DNA from: Thermoanaerobaculia bacterium
GTDB lineage: Bacteria > Acidobacteriota > Thermoanaerobaculia > UBA5066
Assembly (NCBI GenBank): GCA_963816185.1
Contig: CAWFJJ010000030.1
Coordinates: 514,981 to 578,980 of the forward strand
Direction: 5' to 3'
DNA: 64,000 nt
The position numbers and the translations under genes were made by a program. Under the pieces are notes generated by a model that had not been told where the DNA came from, ran no database searches, and saw nothing but the letters and a program-made list of their open reading frames with translations. The first letter of the stretch is position 1, and the number at the start of each line of letters is the position of its first letter. Below are positions 25,234 through 36,080 of this stretch, in pieces.

Positions 25234-26421
25234 ATGACCGAATCCCGCTGGGCCCCACCCCTCGCCGATCTCGCCGCCCTCGGGCGGCGCGGCCTCGTCA
25301 TTGGGACGCTTGCCGCCCTCGTCTCGGCGGCCGGCCTCGTCGCGAACCCCGTCCAGTTCTACCGCTCGTACCTCGTGGCCTTCGTCTTCGTCCTCGGCGT
25401 CACACTGGGCAGCCTCGCGATCTCGATGCTCCATCACATGTCGGGCGGCGCGTGGGGGCTCGTCATCCGCCGCATCCTCGAAGCGTCGACGCGCACGCTG
25501 CCGCTCGTCGCGCTCTTCGCGGTCCCGCTCCTTTTCGGGCTCAGGTACCTCTACCCGTGGGCCGACGCGGCCCGGGTCGCGGGGGACGAGATCCTGCGGC
25601 ACCGCGCGCCCTACATGAACCCGACCTTCTTCACCGTCCGGCTCGCGTTCTGCCTGCTCCTGTGGACGGTCTTCGCGCGGGCGCTGAGCCGCCTTTCCAG
25701 GAAGCAGGATGACGCGCCCGTGCCGGGCCTCGAGCGCCGGATGCAGCTCGTCGCGGCGCCCGGGCTCGTCGTCTACTGCCTCCTCGTCACGATCGCCTCG
25801 GTCGACCTCCTCATGTCGCTCGACCCGCACTGGTACTCGGCGATCTACGGCATGTACGTGGTCGGCGGTCAGGCCATCTCGGGCATGGCGTTCACGCTCC
25901 TCGTCAGCCTGTTCCTCGTGCGGAAGGGGCCGATGCGGGGGGTCCTCCAGCCCCGCCACGTGCACGACCATGGAAACCTCCTCCTTGCCTTCACGATGCT
26001 CTGGGCGTACTTCGCGGTTTCGCAGCTCATCATCATCTGGTCGGGAAACCTGCCCGAGGAGATCGGCTTCTTCCACGACCGGCTCAACGGCGGATGGGGC
26101 GCCCTTTCGTTGTTCCTCGCCCTCTTTCAATTCGCCGTTCCCTTCGTTTTTCTCCTGTCTCGAGACTTCAAGCGCGACATCGGGAAGCTGGCCTGGGCCG
26201 CGGGGCTCCTTCTCTTCATGCGGTGGGTGGATCTCTTCTGGCTCGCCTCTCCCGCCTTTCACCCTGGCGGGCCGCACCTCCACTGGCTGGACCTCACGAC
26301 GCCCGTGGCTCTCTCCGGCCTCTGGCTCGCAGCGTTCGCACGCGAGTTGGGAACGCGCTCGCTCCTCCCGGCGAACGATCCGAACCTCGCGGTCGCCCTG
26401 GAGGTGGCCGCCCATGGCTGA
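25234..26421 (+). CDS. actF: ACIII ActF membrane subunit
   Basis: GGAWGLVIRRILEA, MSLDPHWYS, WAYFAVSQLIIIWSGNLPEE. Confidence 0.9.
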   Translation: MTESRWAPPLADLAALGRRGLVIGTLAALVSAAGLVANPVQFYRSYLVAFVFVLGVTLGSLAISMLHHMSGGAWGLVIRRILEASTRTLPLVALFAVPLLFGLRYLYPWADAARVAGDEILRHRAPYMNPTFFTVRLAFCLLLWTVFARALSRLSRKQDDAPVPGLERRMQLVAAPGLVVYCLLVTIASVDLLMSLDPHWYSAIYGMYVVGGQAISGMAFTLLVSLFLVRKGPMRGVLQPRHVHDHGNLLLAFTMLWAYFAVSQLIIIWSGNLPEEIGFFHDRLNGGWGALSLFLALFQFAVPFVFLLSRDFKRDIGKLAWAAGLLLFMRWVDLFWLASPAFHPGGPHLHWLDLTTPVALSGLWLAAFARELGTRSLLPANDPNLAVALEVAAHG

Positions 26422-26848
26422 GCGGCAGGCTTCCCGCGCTCCCGCAGCCGGCGGAGGGCCGATCGACCACGAGCTGAATTTCCGCGGGATTCTCGGGTTC
26501 GTCGGCGGACTCACGGCCATAACGCTCGTCGTCATGGGCCTCATGTGGGGCATCGCGGTCCTCCTCAAGGGCTCGCTTGCGCGAAAGGATCCCGCGCCGC
26601 CCGCGCTCGCCGAGGCCCGGGAGGCGCGCGTTCCCCCCGCGCCGAACCTGCAGCGGAATCCCACGGCCGACTTCGCGGCTTTCCGTGCCGCCGAGGACGC
26701 CGAGCTCGAGGCGTGGGCCTGGGTCGACAAGGAGAAGTCCGTCGCGCGCGTGCCGGTCGAACGCGCTCTCGAGATCGTCGCCGCGCGCGGCCTGCCCCCG
26801 CCGCCGCCCATGCCGCCGCCCGCGCCGGCCACAGAGTCAGCGAAATGA
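26414..26848 (+). CDS. ACIII-associated small membrane protein (ActG-like)
   Basis: Single TM helix; PPAPNLQ and WVDKEKSVARVPVERAL; lies between actF and SCO. Confidence 0.75.
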   Translation: MAERQASRAPAAGGGPIDHELNFRGILGFVGGLTAITLVVMGLMWGIAVLLKGSLARKDPAPPALAEAREARVPPAPNLQRNPTADFAAFRAAEDAELEAWAWVDKEKSVARVPVERALEIVAARGLPPPPPMPPPAPATESAK

Positions 26849-27696
26849 AGCGCATTTCTTTCGTCTCCTATCTCACGTTCGTCGCGCTGTTGCTCGTTCC
26901 TGCCGCGCGCCTCGGCGCCTCGGGAGCTCCGGGCTCTCCGCCGCCGGACGCTCCGCTGCCGCCGCCTCCCGTCAAGGACGTCGGCTTCGATCAGAAGCTC
27001 GGGGAAGAGATCCCGCTCGACCTCGTCTTCCGCGACGAGGCGGGCGCGAGCGTCCGCCTTTCGACGTACTTCGGGAAGCGCCCCGTCGTCCTGTCCCTCG
27101 TCTACTTCACCTGCCCGATGCTCTGCGGCATGACGACCGACGGCCTCGTGCGCAGCGTGCGCGCCCTGAAATTCGAGCCGGGGACCGACTACGAGATCCT
27201 TTCGGTGAGCTTCGACCCCCGCGACACCCCCGAGGCGGCATCCGAGAAGAAGCGCACGGTCATGGCGCAATACGGGCGGAAGAGCGGACCCGGAGGCTGG
27301 CATTTCCTGACGGGCGACGCCGCCTCGATCGCCGCCCTCACGAAGGCCGTCGGATTCCGGTACGTGTGGGACGCGGAGCAGAAGCAGTTTGCCCACGCGA
27401 CCGGTATCACGGTCCTCACCCCGCAGGGTCGCATCGCGAAGGTCCTCTTCGGGATCGAATACCCGGCGAAGGACCTTCGCCTCGCGCTCATCGAGGCGTC
27501 GGAGGAGAAGATCGGCAACGTCGTCGACCAGCTCCTGCTCCTGTGCTTCCATTACGACCCAAAGGCGGGTCGGTACACGACGACGGTGCAGAACTTCGTC
27601 CGGGCCGGCGGGGTGATCACGTTCGTTCTCCTCGCGGGTTTCGTGACGATCATGCTGCGGAAAGAGCGCGCGAACGCCGGGAAAGCGCCGCGATGA
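26845..27696 (+). CDS. SCO/SenC family copper chaperone
   Basis: [19 protein letters not shown] and FAHA. Confidence 0.92.
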   Translation: MKRISFVSYLTFVALLLVPAARLGASGAPGSPPPDAPLPPPPVKDVGFDQKLGEEIPLDLVFRDEAGASVRLSTYFGKRPVVLSLVYFTCPMLCGMTTDGLVRSVRALKFEPGTDYEILSVSFDPRDTPEAASEKKRTVMAQYGRKSGPGGWHFLTGDAASIAALTKAVGFRYVWDAEQKQFAHATGITVLTPQGRIAKVLFGIEYPAKDLRLALIEASEEKIGNVVDQLLLLCFHYDPKAGRYTTTVQNFVRAGGVITFVLLAGFVTIMLRKERANAGKAPR

Positions 27697-28664
27697 TCCC
27701 GAGCTCTCCCCTTCTCCCCGATCAGGCCTCGGACGTCGCCCGGTCCGTCGACCACCTCATGCTCTTCGCCCTCTCCGGACTCGTCTTCTTCTCGGCGCTC
27801 ATCGCGATTCTCGTCCTCGTCTTCATGGTGAAGTACCGCCGCCGGGCCGACGACCAGGTCGGAATCGACATCTACGAGACGAATCCGAAGTCCCACGTCC
27901 TCGAGATCGTGTGGTCCGTCATCCCGCTCACCCTCCTGCTGATCCTTTTCGGCTGGGGCACGAAGGTCTTCTTCGACGAGAACCGACCGCCCGCCGGCGC
28001 CGAGCAGTACTGGGTCACGGGCCGACAGTGGATGTGGAAGATCCAGCATCCCGACGGGCGCCGCGAGATCAACGAGCTTCACGTCCCGCTCGGCAAGGCC
28101 ATTCAGCTCCGGATGATCTCCGAGGACGTCATTCACGACTTCTTCGTGCCCGCGTTCCGCATCCACGTGGACGTCCTTCCCTCGCGATACACGACGTACT
28201 GGTTCAAGGCGAATCGCACCGGCACGTTCCACCTCTTCTGCGGCCAGTACTGCGGCACCGAGCACTCGAAGATGGTCGGCCACGTCGTCGTGATGGAGCC
28301 GCGCGCTTACGAGGCGTGGCTCGCGGGCGAGAAGACGGGCCCGTCGGCCGTCGCATCCGGCGCGGATCTTTTCATCGCGAAGTCGTGCAACACCTGCCAC
28401 CGGCCCGACAGCTCGGCGCGCGCGCCGATCCTGAACGGGGTCTTCGGAACACAGGCATCCCTGAACGACGGCACGAAGGTCCTCGTGAACGAGGATTACG
28501 TCCGCGAGTCGATCCTGAACCCCGCTGCGAAGGTCGTGGCCGGCTACCAGCCCGTTATGCCCACGTTCAAGGGGCAGGTTTCGGAGGAGGAGCTCATCCA
28601 GCTCGTCAACTACGTCAAGTCGCTCAAAGGCGCATCGACCTCGACCGCGGAGGCGGGGAGATGA
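27693..28664 (+). CDS. coxB: Cytochrome c oxidase subunit II with C-terminal cytochrome c (caa3 type)
   Basis: DVIHDF; [12 protein letters not shown] CuA motif; CNTCH heme c motif. Confidence 0.95.
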   Translation: MIPSSPLLPDQASDVARSVDHLMLFALSGLVFFSALIAILVLVFMVKYRRRADDQVGIDIYETNPKSHVLEIVWSVIPLTLLLILFGWGTKVFFDENRPPAGAEQYWVTGRQWMWKIQHPDGRREINELHVPLGKAIQLRMISEDVIHDFFVPAFRIHVDVLPSRYTTYWFKANRTGTFHLFCGQYCGTEHSKMVGHVVVMEPRAYEAWLAGEKTGPSAVASGADLFIAKSCNTCHRPDSSARAPILNGVFGTQASLNDGTKVLVNEDYVRESILNPAAKVVAGYQPVMPTFKGQVSEEELIQLVNYVKSLKGASTSTAEAGR

Positions 28665-30328
28665 CCCCGGGCGCGGCCGCAACTCCCGTGCTGCGGGGGA
28701 CGAACGCCGACGGCAGCCCGCGCGTCCATTACCTCAACGCCGCCTACGGCCTGAAGTCGTGGCTGCTGACGAGAGACCACAAGCGGATCGCGCTTCTCTA
28801 TCTCTTCTCGGTCACGTTCTTCTTCGCGCTCGGCGGCCTCATGGCGGTGCTGATCCGCATGGAGCTCGTGACGCCGGCGGGCGACCTCTTCCAGCCGGAC
28901 ATCTACAACCGGCTGTTCACGATGCACGGCGTGCTGATGATCTTCTTCTTCCTGATTCCCGGGGTTCCGGCCGTCCTCGGGAACTTCCTGATCCCGCTCA
29001 TGATCGGCGCGAAGGACCTCGCGTTTCCGCGCATCAACCTCTTCTCGTGGTACCTCTACTCGATCGGCGGCCTCTTCACGCTGTGGGCGCTCCTGCACGG
29101 AGGCGTCGACACGGGGTGGACGTTCTACACGCCGCTCTCGACGAACTACGTGAACACGTCCGTGATCACCGTGGGCCTCGGGATCTTCATCGCCGGCTTC
29201 TCGTCGATTCTCACCGGCCTGAACTTCGTCGTCACGATCCACCGCATGCGCGCGCCCGGCCTCACGTGGTTCCGGCTGCCGCTCTTCGTGTGGGGCCACT
29301 ACGCGACGGCCCTCATCCAGATTCTCGGGACGCCGGTCATCGCGATCGCGATCCTCCTCGTCGCGGCCGAGCGCACGCTTCACATCGGAGTCTTCGATCC
29401 GAGGCTCGGCGGCGATCCGGTCCTGTTCCAGCACTTGTTCTGGTTCTACTCGCACCCCGCCGTCTACATCATGATCCTGCCGTCGATGGGCGTCGTCAGC
29501 GAGCTCATCGCCACGTTCTCGCGCAAACCGATCTTCGGCTACAAGTTCGTCGCCTTCGCGTCCATCGGCATCGCGGTCCTGGGCTTCTTCGTCTGGGGCC
29601 ACCACATGTTCGTGGCGGGCCAGTCCATCTACGCCGGCGTCGTCTTCTCGGTCCTCTCGATGCTCGTCGCGGTGCCCTCGGCGATCAAGGTCTTCAACTG
29701 GACGGCCACCCTCTACAAGGGCTCGATCTCCTGGGAGACCCCGATGATTTACGCGCTCGGCTTCATCGGCCTCTTCACGATCGGCGGGCTCACCGGCGTC
29801 ATGCTCGCGACGCTCGGCATCGACGCGCACGTGCACGACACGTACTTCATCATCGCGCACTTCCACTACATCATGGTCGGCGGCGCGATCATGGGCTACC
29901 TCGGGGGCCTGCACTTCTGGTGGCCGAAGATCACGGGCCGCCTGTACCCGGCGTTCTGGTCGAGGCTTTCGGCGCTCGTCATCTTCATCGGCTTCAACGT
30001 CACGTTCTTCCCGCAGTTCATCCTCGGCTATCTCGGGATGCCGCGGCGCTACCACTCGTACCCGCCCGAGTTCCAGGTCCTGAACGTCATGTCGTCCGCC
30101 GGCGCGACGATTCTCGGCCTCGGCTATCTCATGCCTCTCGTCTACTTCATCTGGTCGATGCGCTACGGCCCGAAGGCGCCTCCGAATCCCTGGGGCGCAA
30201 CGGGCCTCGAGTGGCAGACGACGTCGCCTCCGCCGGTCGAGAACTTCAAGATCCAGCCCGTCGTGACGGCTCCGCCGTACACCTATCCGGCGCGGATGCC
30301 TTCCCCGGAGGTGGCCCCTGGCTCCTGA
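28661..30328 (+). CDS. coxA: Cytochrome c oxidase subunit I (A2 type)
   Basis: [19 protein letters not shown] (YS motif), WGHHM, AHFHY and MPRRY. Confidence 0.97.
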   Translation: MTPGAAATPVLRGTNADGSPRVHYLNAAYGLKSWLLTRDHKRIALLYLFSVTFFFALGGLMAVLIRMELVTPAGDLFQPDIYNRLFTMHGVLMIFFFLIPGVPAVLGNFLIPLMIGAKDLAFPRINLFSWYLYSIGGLFTLWALLHGGVDTGWTFYTPLSTNYVNTSVITVGLGIFIAGFSSILTGLNFVVTIHRMRAPGLTWFRLPLFVWGHYATALIQILGTPVIAIAILLVAAERTLHIGVFDPRLGGDPVLFQHLFWFYSHPAVYIMILPSMGVVSELIATFSRKPIFGYKFVAFASIGIAVLGFFVWGHHMFVAGQSIYAGVVFSVLSMLVAVPSAIKVFNWTATLYKGSISWETPMIYALGFIGLFTIGGLTGVMLATLGIDAHVHDTYFIIAHFHYIMVGGAIMGYLGGLHFWWPKITGRLYPAFWSRLSALVIFIGFNVTFFPQFILGYLGMPRRYHSYPPEFQVLNVMSSAGATILGLGYLMPLVYFIWSMRYGPKAPPNPWGATGLEWQTTSPPPVENFKIQPVVTAPPYTYPARMPSPEVAPGS

Positions 30329-31007
30329 CGCGCACGAGACCCCGAGCGGTTCGGACGCGGCCACGCACGGCCATGCCGCGGGCCTCGCCCACCACTTCGA
30401 CAGCCTCGAGCAGCAAAGAGATTCGGCCGTGCTCGGAATGTGGACCTTCCTCGTCACCGAGATCCTGTTCTTCGGCGGGCTCTTCGCGGCGTACGGCCTC
30501 TATCGCTCGCTCTACCCGGAGGTCTTCCGGGCCGCCAGCCGCACGCTGTCGATCCAGCTCGGCACGTTCAACACGGTCGTCCTCATCGCGAGCTCGCTCA
30601 CGATGGCGCTCGCCGTGCGTGGAGGGCAGACCGGCAAGTCAAAGGTGTCTGCGGCCTTCCTCGTCCTCACGCTGATCCTCGGATCGACGTTCCTCGTCGT
30701 GAAGGGTTTCGAGTACCACGAGAAATTCGTCGAACACCACGTCCCGGGCGCGAGCTTCCACTTCGAAGGTCCGGACGCCGTTCACGCGCAGCTCTTCTTC
30801 AGCCTCTACTTCCTGATGACCGGGCTCCACGCGCTCCACATGGTCATCGGAATCGTGCTCGTCGCCTACGTCGCGAAGAGGGCCGCCGCCGGCGCCTACA
30901 CGCCCGAGAACCACAACTTCCTCGAGGGGACGGGCCTCTACTGGCACTTCGTCGACCTCGTGTGGATCTTCCTGTTCCCTCTCCTCTACCTCATCGGGAG
31001 GCACTGA
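30318..31007 (+). CDS. coxC: Cytochrome c oxidase subunit III (probable CTG start)
   Basis: [25 protein letters not shown] and YWHFVDLVW. The frame is open upstream through HHFDSLEQQ to CTG at 30318, which follows GGAGGT. Confidence 0.9.
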   Translation: MAPDAHETPSGSDAATHGHAAGLAHHFDSLEQQRDSAVLGMWTFLVTEILFFGGLFAAYGLYRSLYPEVFRAASRTLSIQLGTFNTVVLIASSLTMALAVRGGQTGKSKVSAAFLVLTLILGSTFLVVKGFEYHEKFVEHHVPGASFHFEGPDAVHAQLFFSLYFLMTGLHALHMVIGIVLVAYVAKRAAAGAYTPENHNFLEGTGLYWHFVDLVWIFLFPLLYLIGRH

Positions 31008-31306
31008 TGCCGGTTCACGTCCGGCCGGTCAAGGTTTACGTCGCGGTCTTTCTCGCGCTCATGGCGTTCACGGCGCTCACGGTTTTCGCCTCGTTCGTGA
31101 ATCTCGGCCCCGCGAACACCTTCGTGGCGCTCGGCATCGCGGCCGCGAAGGCCACGCTCGTCATCCTCTATTTCATGCACGTGAAGGGAAACACGAGGCT
31201 CGTTCCGGTCGTCATCCTGTCCGGCCTGTTCTTCCTCTTCATCCTCTTCCTGTTCCTGGCCGCGGACTATGGCACGCGCGGCTGGCTCGGCGTGCCGGGG
31301 CGATAG
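31007..31306 (+). CDS. coxD: Cytochrome c oxidase subunit IV
   Basis: Three TM helices; KATLVILYFMH. Confidence 0.88.
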   Translation: MPVHVRPVKVYVAVFLALMAFTALTVFASFVNLGPANTFVALGIAAAKATLVILYFMHVKGNTRLVPVVILSGLFFLFILFLFLAADYGTRGWLGVPGR

Positions 31307-31333
31307 GGCGGAAGAGGAGATGCTAGAATTTTG

Positions 31334-32386
31334 ATGCAGCCGATGCGCATTCTCCTCACCGGCCACCGGGGCTACATCGGCAGCGTGATGGTTCCGCTGC
31401 TCCGGAAGGCGGGCCACGAGGTCGTCGGCCTCGACAACGACTACTACGAGGCCTGTACCTTTGGCGACGGCCTCCCGAAGGTTCCGGAGATCCGCAAGGA
31501 CATCCGGGATGTCGAGAGGAAGGACCTCGAGGGATTCGACGCCGTCGTCCATCTTGCCGCTCTGTCGAACGATCCCCTGGGAGATCTCAACCCGGAGCTG
31601 ACCTACGACATCAACCACCGGGGCACGCTGAGGGTCGCGGCCGCGGCGAAGGAAGCCGGCGTCAAGCGCTTCGTCTTCTCCTCGTCCTGCAGCAACTACG
31701 GGGCTGCCGGCGATGCGATGGTGACGGAGGACTCTCCCATCCACCCCGTCACGCCGTACGGCGAATCGAAGGTACGCGCCGAGAAAGACCTGGCCCGGCT
31801 CGCGGACGACCGGTTCAGCCCCACCTTCCTGCGCCCGACGACGGCCTATGGGGTCTCGCCGCGGCTGCGCTTCGACATCGTGCTCAACAACCTCGTGGCC
31901 TGGGCCGTGACGACCGGCCGAATTCACTTGAAGAGCGACGGGACGCCCTGGCGCCCGATCGTGCACATCGAGGACATCTCGCGCGCCTTCCTCGCGGTGC
32001 TCGAGGCGCCCCGAGAGCTCGTCCACAATCAGGTCTTCAACGTCGGCCGGACCGACGAGAACTTCCAGATCCGCGAGCTTGCGCAGATCGTCGGAGTCAC
32101 GGTGCCCGGCTGCCGGATCGAATTCGCCGATGGCGCCGGACCCGACGCGCGCTCCTACCGGGTGGACTTCGGCAAGATCGCGCGGATGCTCCCGGCGTTC
32201 CAGCCGCGATGGAACGCGAGGGAGGGGGCCCGTGAGCTGTACGAGGCCTACAAGGGAAGCGGGCTCCGGCTCGACGACTTCGAAGGCCCGCGGTATCGCC
32301 GCATCGACCACATCCGGGAACTGATCGCAAAAGGACGCCTCGACGGCTCCCTGCGCTGGACCGCGCCGGTCGGCACGACCGCGTGA
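31334..32386 (+). CDS. NAD-dependent epimerase/dehydratase (extended SDR)
   Basis: [22 protein letters not shown] and YGESK. Confidence 0.9.
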   Translation: MQPMRILLTGHRGYIGSVMVPLLRKAGHEVVGLDNDYYEACTFGDGLPKVPEIRKDIRDVERKDLEGFDAVVHLAALSNDPLGDLNPELTYDINHRGTLRVAAAAKEAGVKRFVFSSSCSNYGAAGDAMVTEDSPIHPVTPYGESKVRAEKDLARLADDRFSPTFLRPTTAYGVSPRLRFDIVLNNLVAWAVTTGRIHLKSDGTPWRPIVHIEDISRAFLAVLEAPRELVHNQVFNVGRTDENFQIRELAQIVGVTVPGCRIEFADGAGPDARSYRVDFGKIARMLPAFQPRWNAREGARELYEAYKGSGLRLDDFEGPRYRRIDHIRELIAKGRLDGSLRWTAPVGTTA

Positions 32387-32411
32387 TCAGGGCCCGCCCG
32401 CGGACCTCGCG

Positions 32412-33347
32412 ATGAATTCCGTCTTCGTCGACTCTGCGGTCTCCGATGACGAGCGCCGCCGCCTCCTCTACGACGGCCAGCTCTTCGTCTATTCGCGCCG
32501 TCCCTCCGTCGCCGCCTTCGTCGCGTTCGCGCGCGAAATGGCCGAGAAGGCGTTCGCGCCGCTCGACCCGCGGGACGCGCAGAGCCATCTTCCCGTCGCG
32601 CAATACGTGGCGATCCTGGCGAAGGTGAAGCCCGCCTTCATCCATCACCCGGAGTCGAAGAGGCACATCCGCGAAATCCTGAGAGACTTCGGATGCGACC
32701 CCGAGAAGACCTATTTCGACGTCCCGCGCCTGCGCACGGCCTGCTTCGGCAACTACCTCTCGGCCGGCCTGGCCTACGCATTCCACCTCCACCGCGACAC
32801 GTGGTACTCGGCGCCGCACTGCCAGCTCAACTGGTGGCTCCCGGTCTACGACATCGAGCCGGACAACTGCATGGCGTTCCACCCGCGCTACTGGGCGAAG
32901 CCCGTCGCGAACGACTCGAGCAAGTACAACTACTACGAGTGGAACGCGACCAGCCGCAAGATCGCCGCGCGGCAGGTCGAGGCCGACACCCGGGAGCAGC
33001 CGCACGCGCTCGAAGCGATCGATCCCGATCCGCAGGTCCGGCTGATCTGCAATCCGGGCGGCCTGATCGTCTTCTCCGGCGCGCAGATGCACTCGACGGT
33101 ACCCAACACGTCCCGCCGGACGCGCCTCTCAATCGACTTCCGGACGGTGCACGTGGACGACGTGCGAGAAAAGCGGGGGGCGCCCAACGCCGACGCGGCC
33201 TGCACGGGCACGACGATGCGCGACTACCTCCGGGTGACGGATCTCGAGAAAATCCCGGAGGATCTCGTCGCCCTCTACGACGACGTCCCGCCGACTTCGG
33301 GAGAGCTCGTCTATCAGCCGCCCCCGCTCCCCGACCCGCCGCTCTGA
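32412..33347 (+). CDS. Hypothetical protein, possible Fe(II)/2-oxoglutarate (PhyH-like) oxygenase fold
   Basis: HRDTWY…NWWLP…MHSTVPN…RLSIDFR resembles the HxD…H…RxS pattern. Confidence 0.6.
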   Translation: MNSVFVDSAVSDDERRRLLYDGQLFVYSRRPSVAAFVAFAREMAEKAFAPLDPRDAQSHLPVAQYVAILAKVKPAFIHHPESKRHIREILRDFGCDPEKTYFDVPRLRTACFGNYLSAGLAYAFHLHRDTWYSAPHCQLNWWLPVYDIEPDNCMAFHPRYWAKPVANDSSKYNYYEWNATSRKIAARQVEADTREQPHALEAIDPDPQVRLICNPGGLIVFSGAQMHSTVPNTSRRTRLSIDFRTVHVDDVREKRGAPNADAACTGTTMRDYLRVTDLEKIPEDLVALYDDVPPTSGELVYQPPPLPDPPL

Positions 33348-33376
33348 CGGGCGAGGCCGTCGCGTCTTCGGCGTCC

Positions 33377-33646
33377 TTACCCCTCCACCTGAACCAGGCA
33401 GTCCTGCGCGCATCTGGCCCGTTCCGGCCACCGCGAGCATTCCTTCAGCCTGACGTCGGGCGGGCCGGCCCAAGCGGAGGCCGCGACGCGGGCGGCGTCG
33501 ACCTCCACGGTGGCGGACTGCCCCGTTTCGGGGCACGTGACGGTCTTCTTCCCGCGCACCCCGCGCCAGGCCGGCAGGACCCACAGGAAGCCGACGGCGG
33601 AAAACGCGATCACGAGAATGATCAGTCCCGCATCGAACATGGTCAT
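33377..33646 (-). CDS. Small membrane-anchored Cys-rich protein
   Basis: TM helix, then CPETG…CSRWPERARCAQDCL. GGGAGG RBS upstream. Confidence 0.75.
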   Translation of the reverse strand: MTMFDAGLIILVIAFSAVGFLWVLPAWRGVRGKKTVTCPETGQSATVEVDAARVAASAWAGPPDVRLKECSRWPERARCAQDCLVQVEG

Positions 33647-33671
33647 GGCGTACCTCCCGGACTCCGCTTTT

Positions 33672-34223
33672 TCAGCTCCAGAGATGCTCCCGCTCCGGGC
33701 GCACGGTGATCGTATCCGGGCGCTCGCGAATGAGGCTCTGGACGACGTGGCAGTCCCAGCAGACGGGCTTGTGCGTCGAGAAGAGGTCGGGGAGGTTCTC
33801 CGGCTTCACGTCTTTCCACGAGACGGTGACCCCGTCGGGCGCGAGAAGAGCCGGCCGGTGCTCGGTCCACGTCACCTCGGGAATCGGCTTCCCGCAGAAA
33901 GCGCAGGACTGGCCGTGATACCAGCCCGCCACGATGGTCCTGACGAGGCAGCCTCCGAGGTCGCGCTCGACTTCGGAGAGGCATTCCTGCCCGCAATCCT
34001 CCTTTTCAGGCCAGCGCGAGCAGCTCGTCAGGCGAAACCGCCCCGGATCGCCCCCAAAAGTGAAAGCCGCACGCAGCGAGTCGAGCTTCACGGCCGCGGG
34101 CCGCTTCGTCTCCGGGCACGCCACGAGGCGCGTGCCGCGGTACACACGCACGACCGGGATCAGGACGAGCGCCGTCAGGAGGGCGAGCGCGAGAAGGGCG
34201 AGGAGGACTAACGGGACACTCAT
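33672..34223 (-). CDS. Membrane-anchored Cys-rich protein, longer paralog
   Basis: TM helix, then CPETK…CSRWPEKEDCGQECL, plus CAFC and CWDCH. GAGGAGG RBS upstream. Confidence 0.78.
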   Translation of the reverse strand: MSVPLVLLALLALALLTALVLIPVVRVYRGTRLVACPETKRPAAVKLDSLRAAFTFGGDPGRFRLTSCSRWPEKEDCGQECLSEVERDLGGCLVRTIVAGWYHGQSCAFCGKPIPEVTWTEHRPALLAPDGVTVSWKDVKPENLPDLFSTHKPVCWDCHVVQSLIRERPDTITVRPEREHLWS

Positions 34224-34352
34224 AGGTTCCCTCCTCTCTATTGGGGCCTGCCCGGCGCGGCGTCCATGATGCGTCGGCATCAAGGGTGTCCTGTATATTT
34301 CGGTCCGGCGGCCCGGGAACGGCTCCGTTCCCTGGTGTCCCGCTCCTCCGAG

Positions 34353-36080
34353 ATGAGAGACCTCCCCCGCTTCCTGCGCTATTTCCGTCGCCGTAAAGGC
34401 GCGTACGTGGCGGGCTTCGCCTCGATCCTCACGTCGACGGGCCTCTTTCTCGCGATGCCCGGGATCGTGCGGCGGGCGATCGAGGAGCTCGGCGCGGGGG
34501 TGTCGAGGGAGCGGCTCTTCCGCCTCGCGGCGCTCATCGTCCTCCTCGCGGTGGGCGACGCGATCGCCCTCTTCTTCACGCGGCGCATCCTGATCGGCGC
34601 GTCGCGCCACATCGAGTACGAGATGCGGCAGGACCTGTTCGAGCACCTCCTGCGCCTGCCTGCGCCGTGGTACCGGAAGAACCGCGTGGGAGACCTCATG
34701 AGCCGCGCCGTGAACGACCTTTCGGCCGTGCGCATGCTGCTCGGACCCGGAATCATGCAGGCCGCGAACACATTCTTCGTAGGCGGTGTCGCGCTCGCCC
34801 TCATGTTCGTCGTGTCGCCCGCCCTGACGGGCGTCGCCCTCGCCGTGCTGCCGATCGTCGCCGTGGCGACGAAGGTCATGGGCCAGGCCACGCACCGGCG
34901 CTTCACGAAGATCCAGGAATTCTTCGCCGAGATCTCCGCCGAGGCGCAGGAGAACTTCTCCGGCGCCCGGCTCGTGCGCGCCTTCGCGCGCGAGGCGAGC
35001 GAGGAATCCCGCTTCGACGCGAACAATCTCGAGTTCAAGCGCCGAAACCTCGGCCTCGCACGCCTGAACGCGCTCTACTTCCCGCTCCTCCAGCTTCTCG
35101 TCGGCGTCGGGTTCGCGCTCACGCTGTGGGCCGGCGGACACTTCATCCTCGCGGGAAAGCTCACGGTCGCGCGGTACGTGGAGTTCAACCTGTACATGAT
35201 CGAGCTGATCTGGCCGGCGACCGCTCTCGGCTGGGTCGTGAACCTCTGGCAGCGGGGGTCGGCTTCGTGGAACCGCATGCTGGACATCTGGGAAGCGGCG
35301 CCGCAGCCCGCCGAGGCGGACACCGGCGAGCGCCTCTCCGGCGACGTGGAGTTCCGGGGGCTCTCCTTCGCGCACGGAGAGCGGACGATCCTCTCGGACG
35401 TCACGTTCCGCGTCGCGCCCGGCACGACCGTCGCCGTCGTGGGCCGCACCGGTGCCGGCAAGTCCACGCTGCTCCACCTCCTCCTGAGGCTGGACGACCC
35501 GCCGAAAGGCACGATCTTCGTCGGCGGCCGCGACCTGACGGAGATCCCCCTGCCGGTCCTCCGGCGGAACGTCGTCGTCGTGCCGCAGGAGACGTTCCTC
35601 TTCTCGGACACGCTCGCGAACAACGTGGCCTTCGGGCGGCCCATGGCGACGCGCGAGGAGATCGAGCGCGCCGTTCAGGCCGCGGGGCTCGCGCCCGATG
35701 TCGCGCGGTTCCCGAAGGGCCTCGACACGCTCGTGGGCGAGCGCGGCATCACGCTCTCGGGAGGCCAGAAGCAGCGCGCGGCGCTCGCGCGCGCGCTCCT
35801 GACGGACGCGCCCGTCCTCGTCCTCGACGACGCGTTCTCGTCCGTCGACACGGAGACCGAGGCGAAGATCCTCGCCGCCCTCAAGGCTGCGGCCGGCGGG
35901 CGGACCGTCTTTCTCGTCTCGCACCGCCTCTCCACGCTCCAGAACGCCGACGTCGCGGCCGTCCTGGACGGCGGCCGGATCGTCGAGATGGGCACGCACG
36001 CCGAGCTGCTCCAGAAGGGCGGCGTCTACGCGGCGATCGCCGAGCGCCAGCGCCTCGCCGAGGAGATGGAGGCCGCCTGA
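34353..36080 (+). CDS. ABC exporter, fused TMD-NBD subunit 1 (MdlA/YheI-like)
   Basis: GRTGAGKS, LSGGQKQR and LDD (degenerate Walker B). Confidence 0.93.
   Translation: MRDLPRFLRYFRRRKGAYVAGFASILTSTGLFLAMPGIVRRAIEELGAGVSRERLFRLAALIVLLAVGDAIALFFTRRILIGASRHIEYEMRQDLFEHLLRLPAPWYRKNRVGDLMSRAVNDLSAVRMLLGPGIMQAANTFFVGGVALALMFVVSPALTGVALAVLPIVAVATKVMGQATHRRFTKIQEFFAEISAEAQENFSGARLVRAFAREASEESRFDANNLEFKRRNLGLARLNALYFPLLQLLVGVGFALTLWAGGHFILAGKLTVARYVEFNLYMIELIWPATALGWVVNLWQRGSASWNRMLDIWEAAPQPAEADTGERLSGDVEFRGLSFAHGERTILSDVTFRVAPGTTVAVVGRTGAGKSTLLHLLLRLDDPPKGTIFVGGRDLTEIPLPVLRRNVVVVPQETFLFSDTLANNVAFGRPMATREEIERAVQAAGLAPDVARFPKGLDTLVGERGITLSGGQKQRAALARALLTDAPVLVLDDAFSSVDTETEAKILAALKAAAGGRTVFLVSHRLSTLQNADVAAVLDGGRIVEMGTHAELLQKGGVYAAIAERQRLAEEMEAA

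Noticed and set aside
34267-34283. FNR box
   Set aside because: The spacing between TGAT and ATCAA is 8 nt rather than 4. It is kept only as a generic palindrome.
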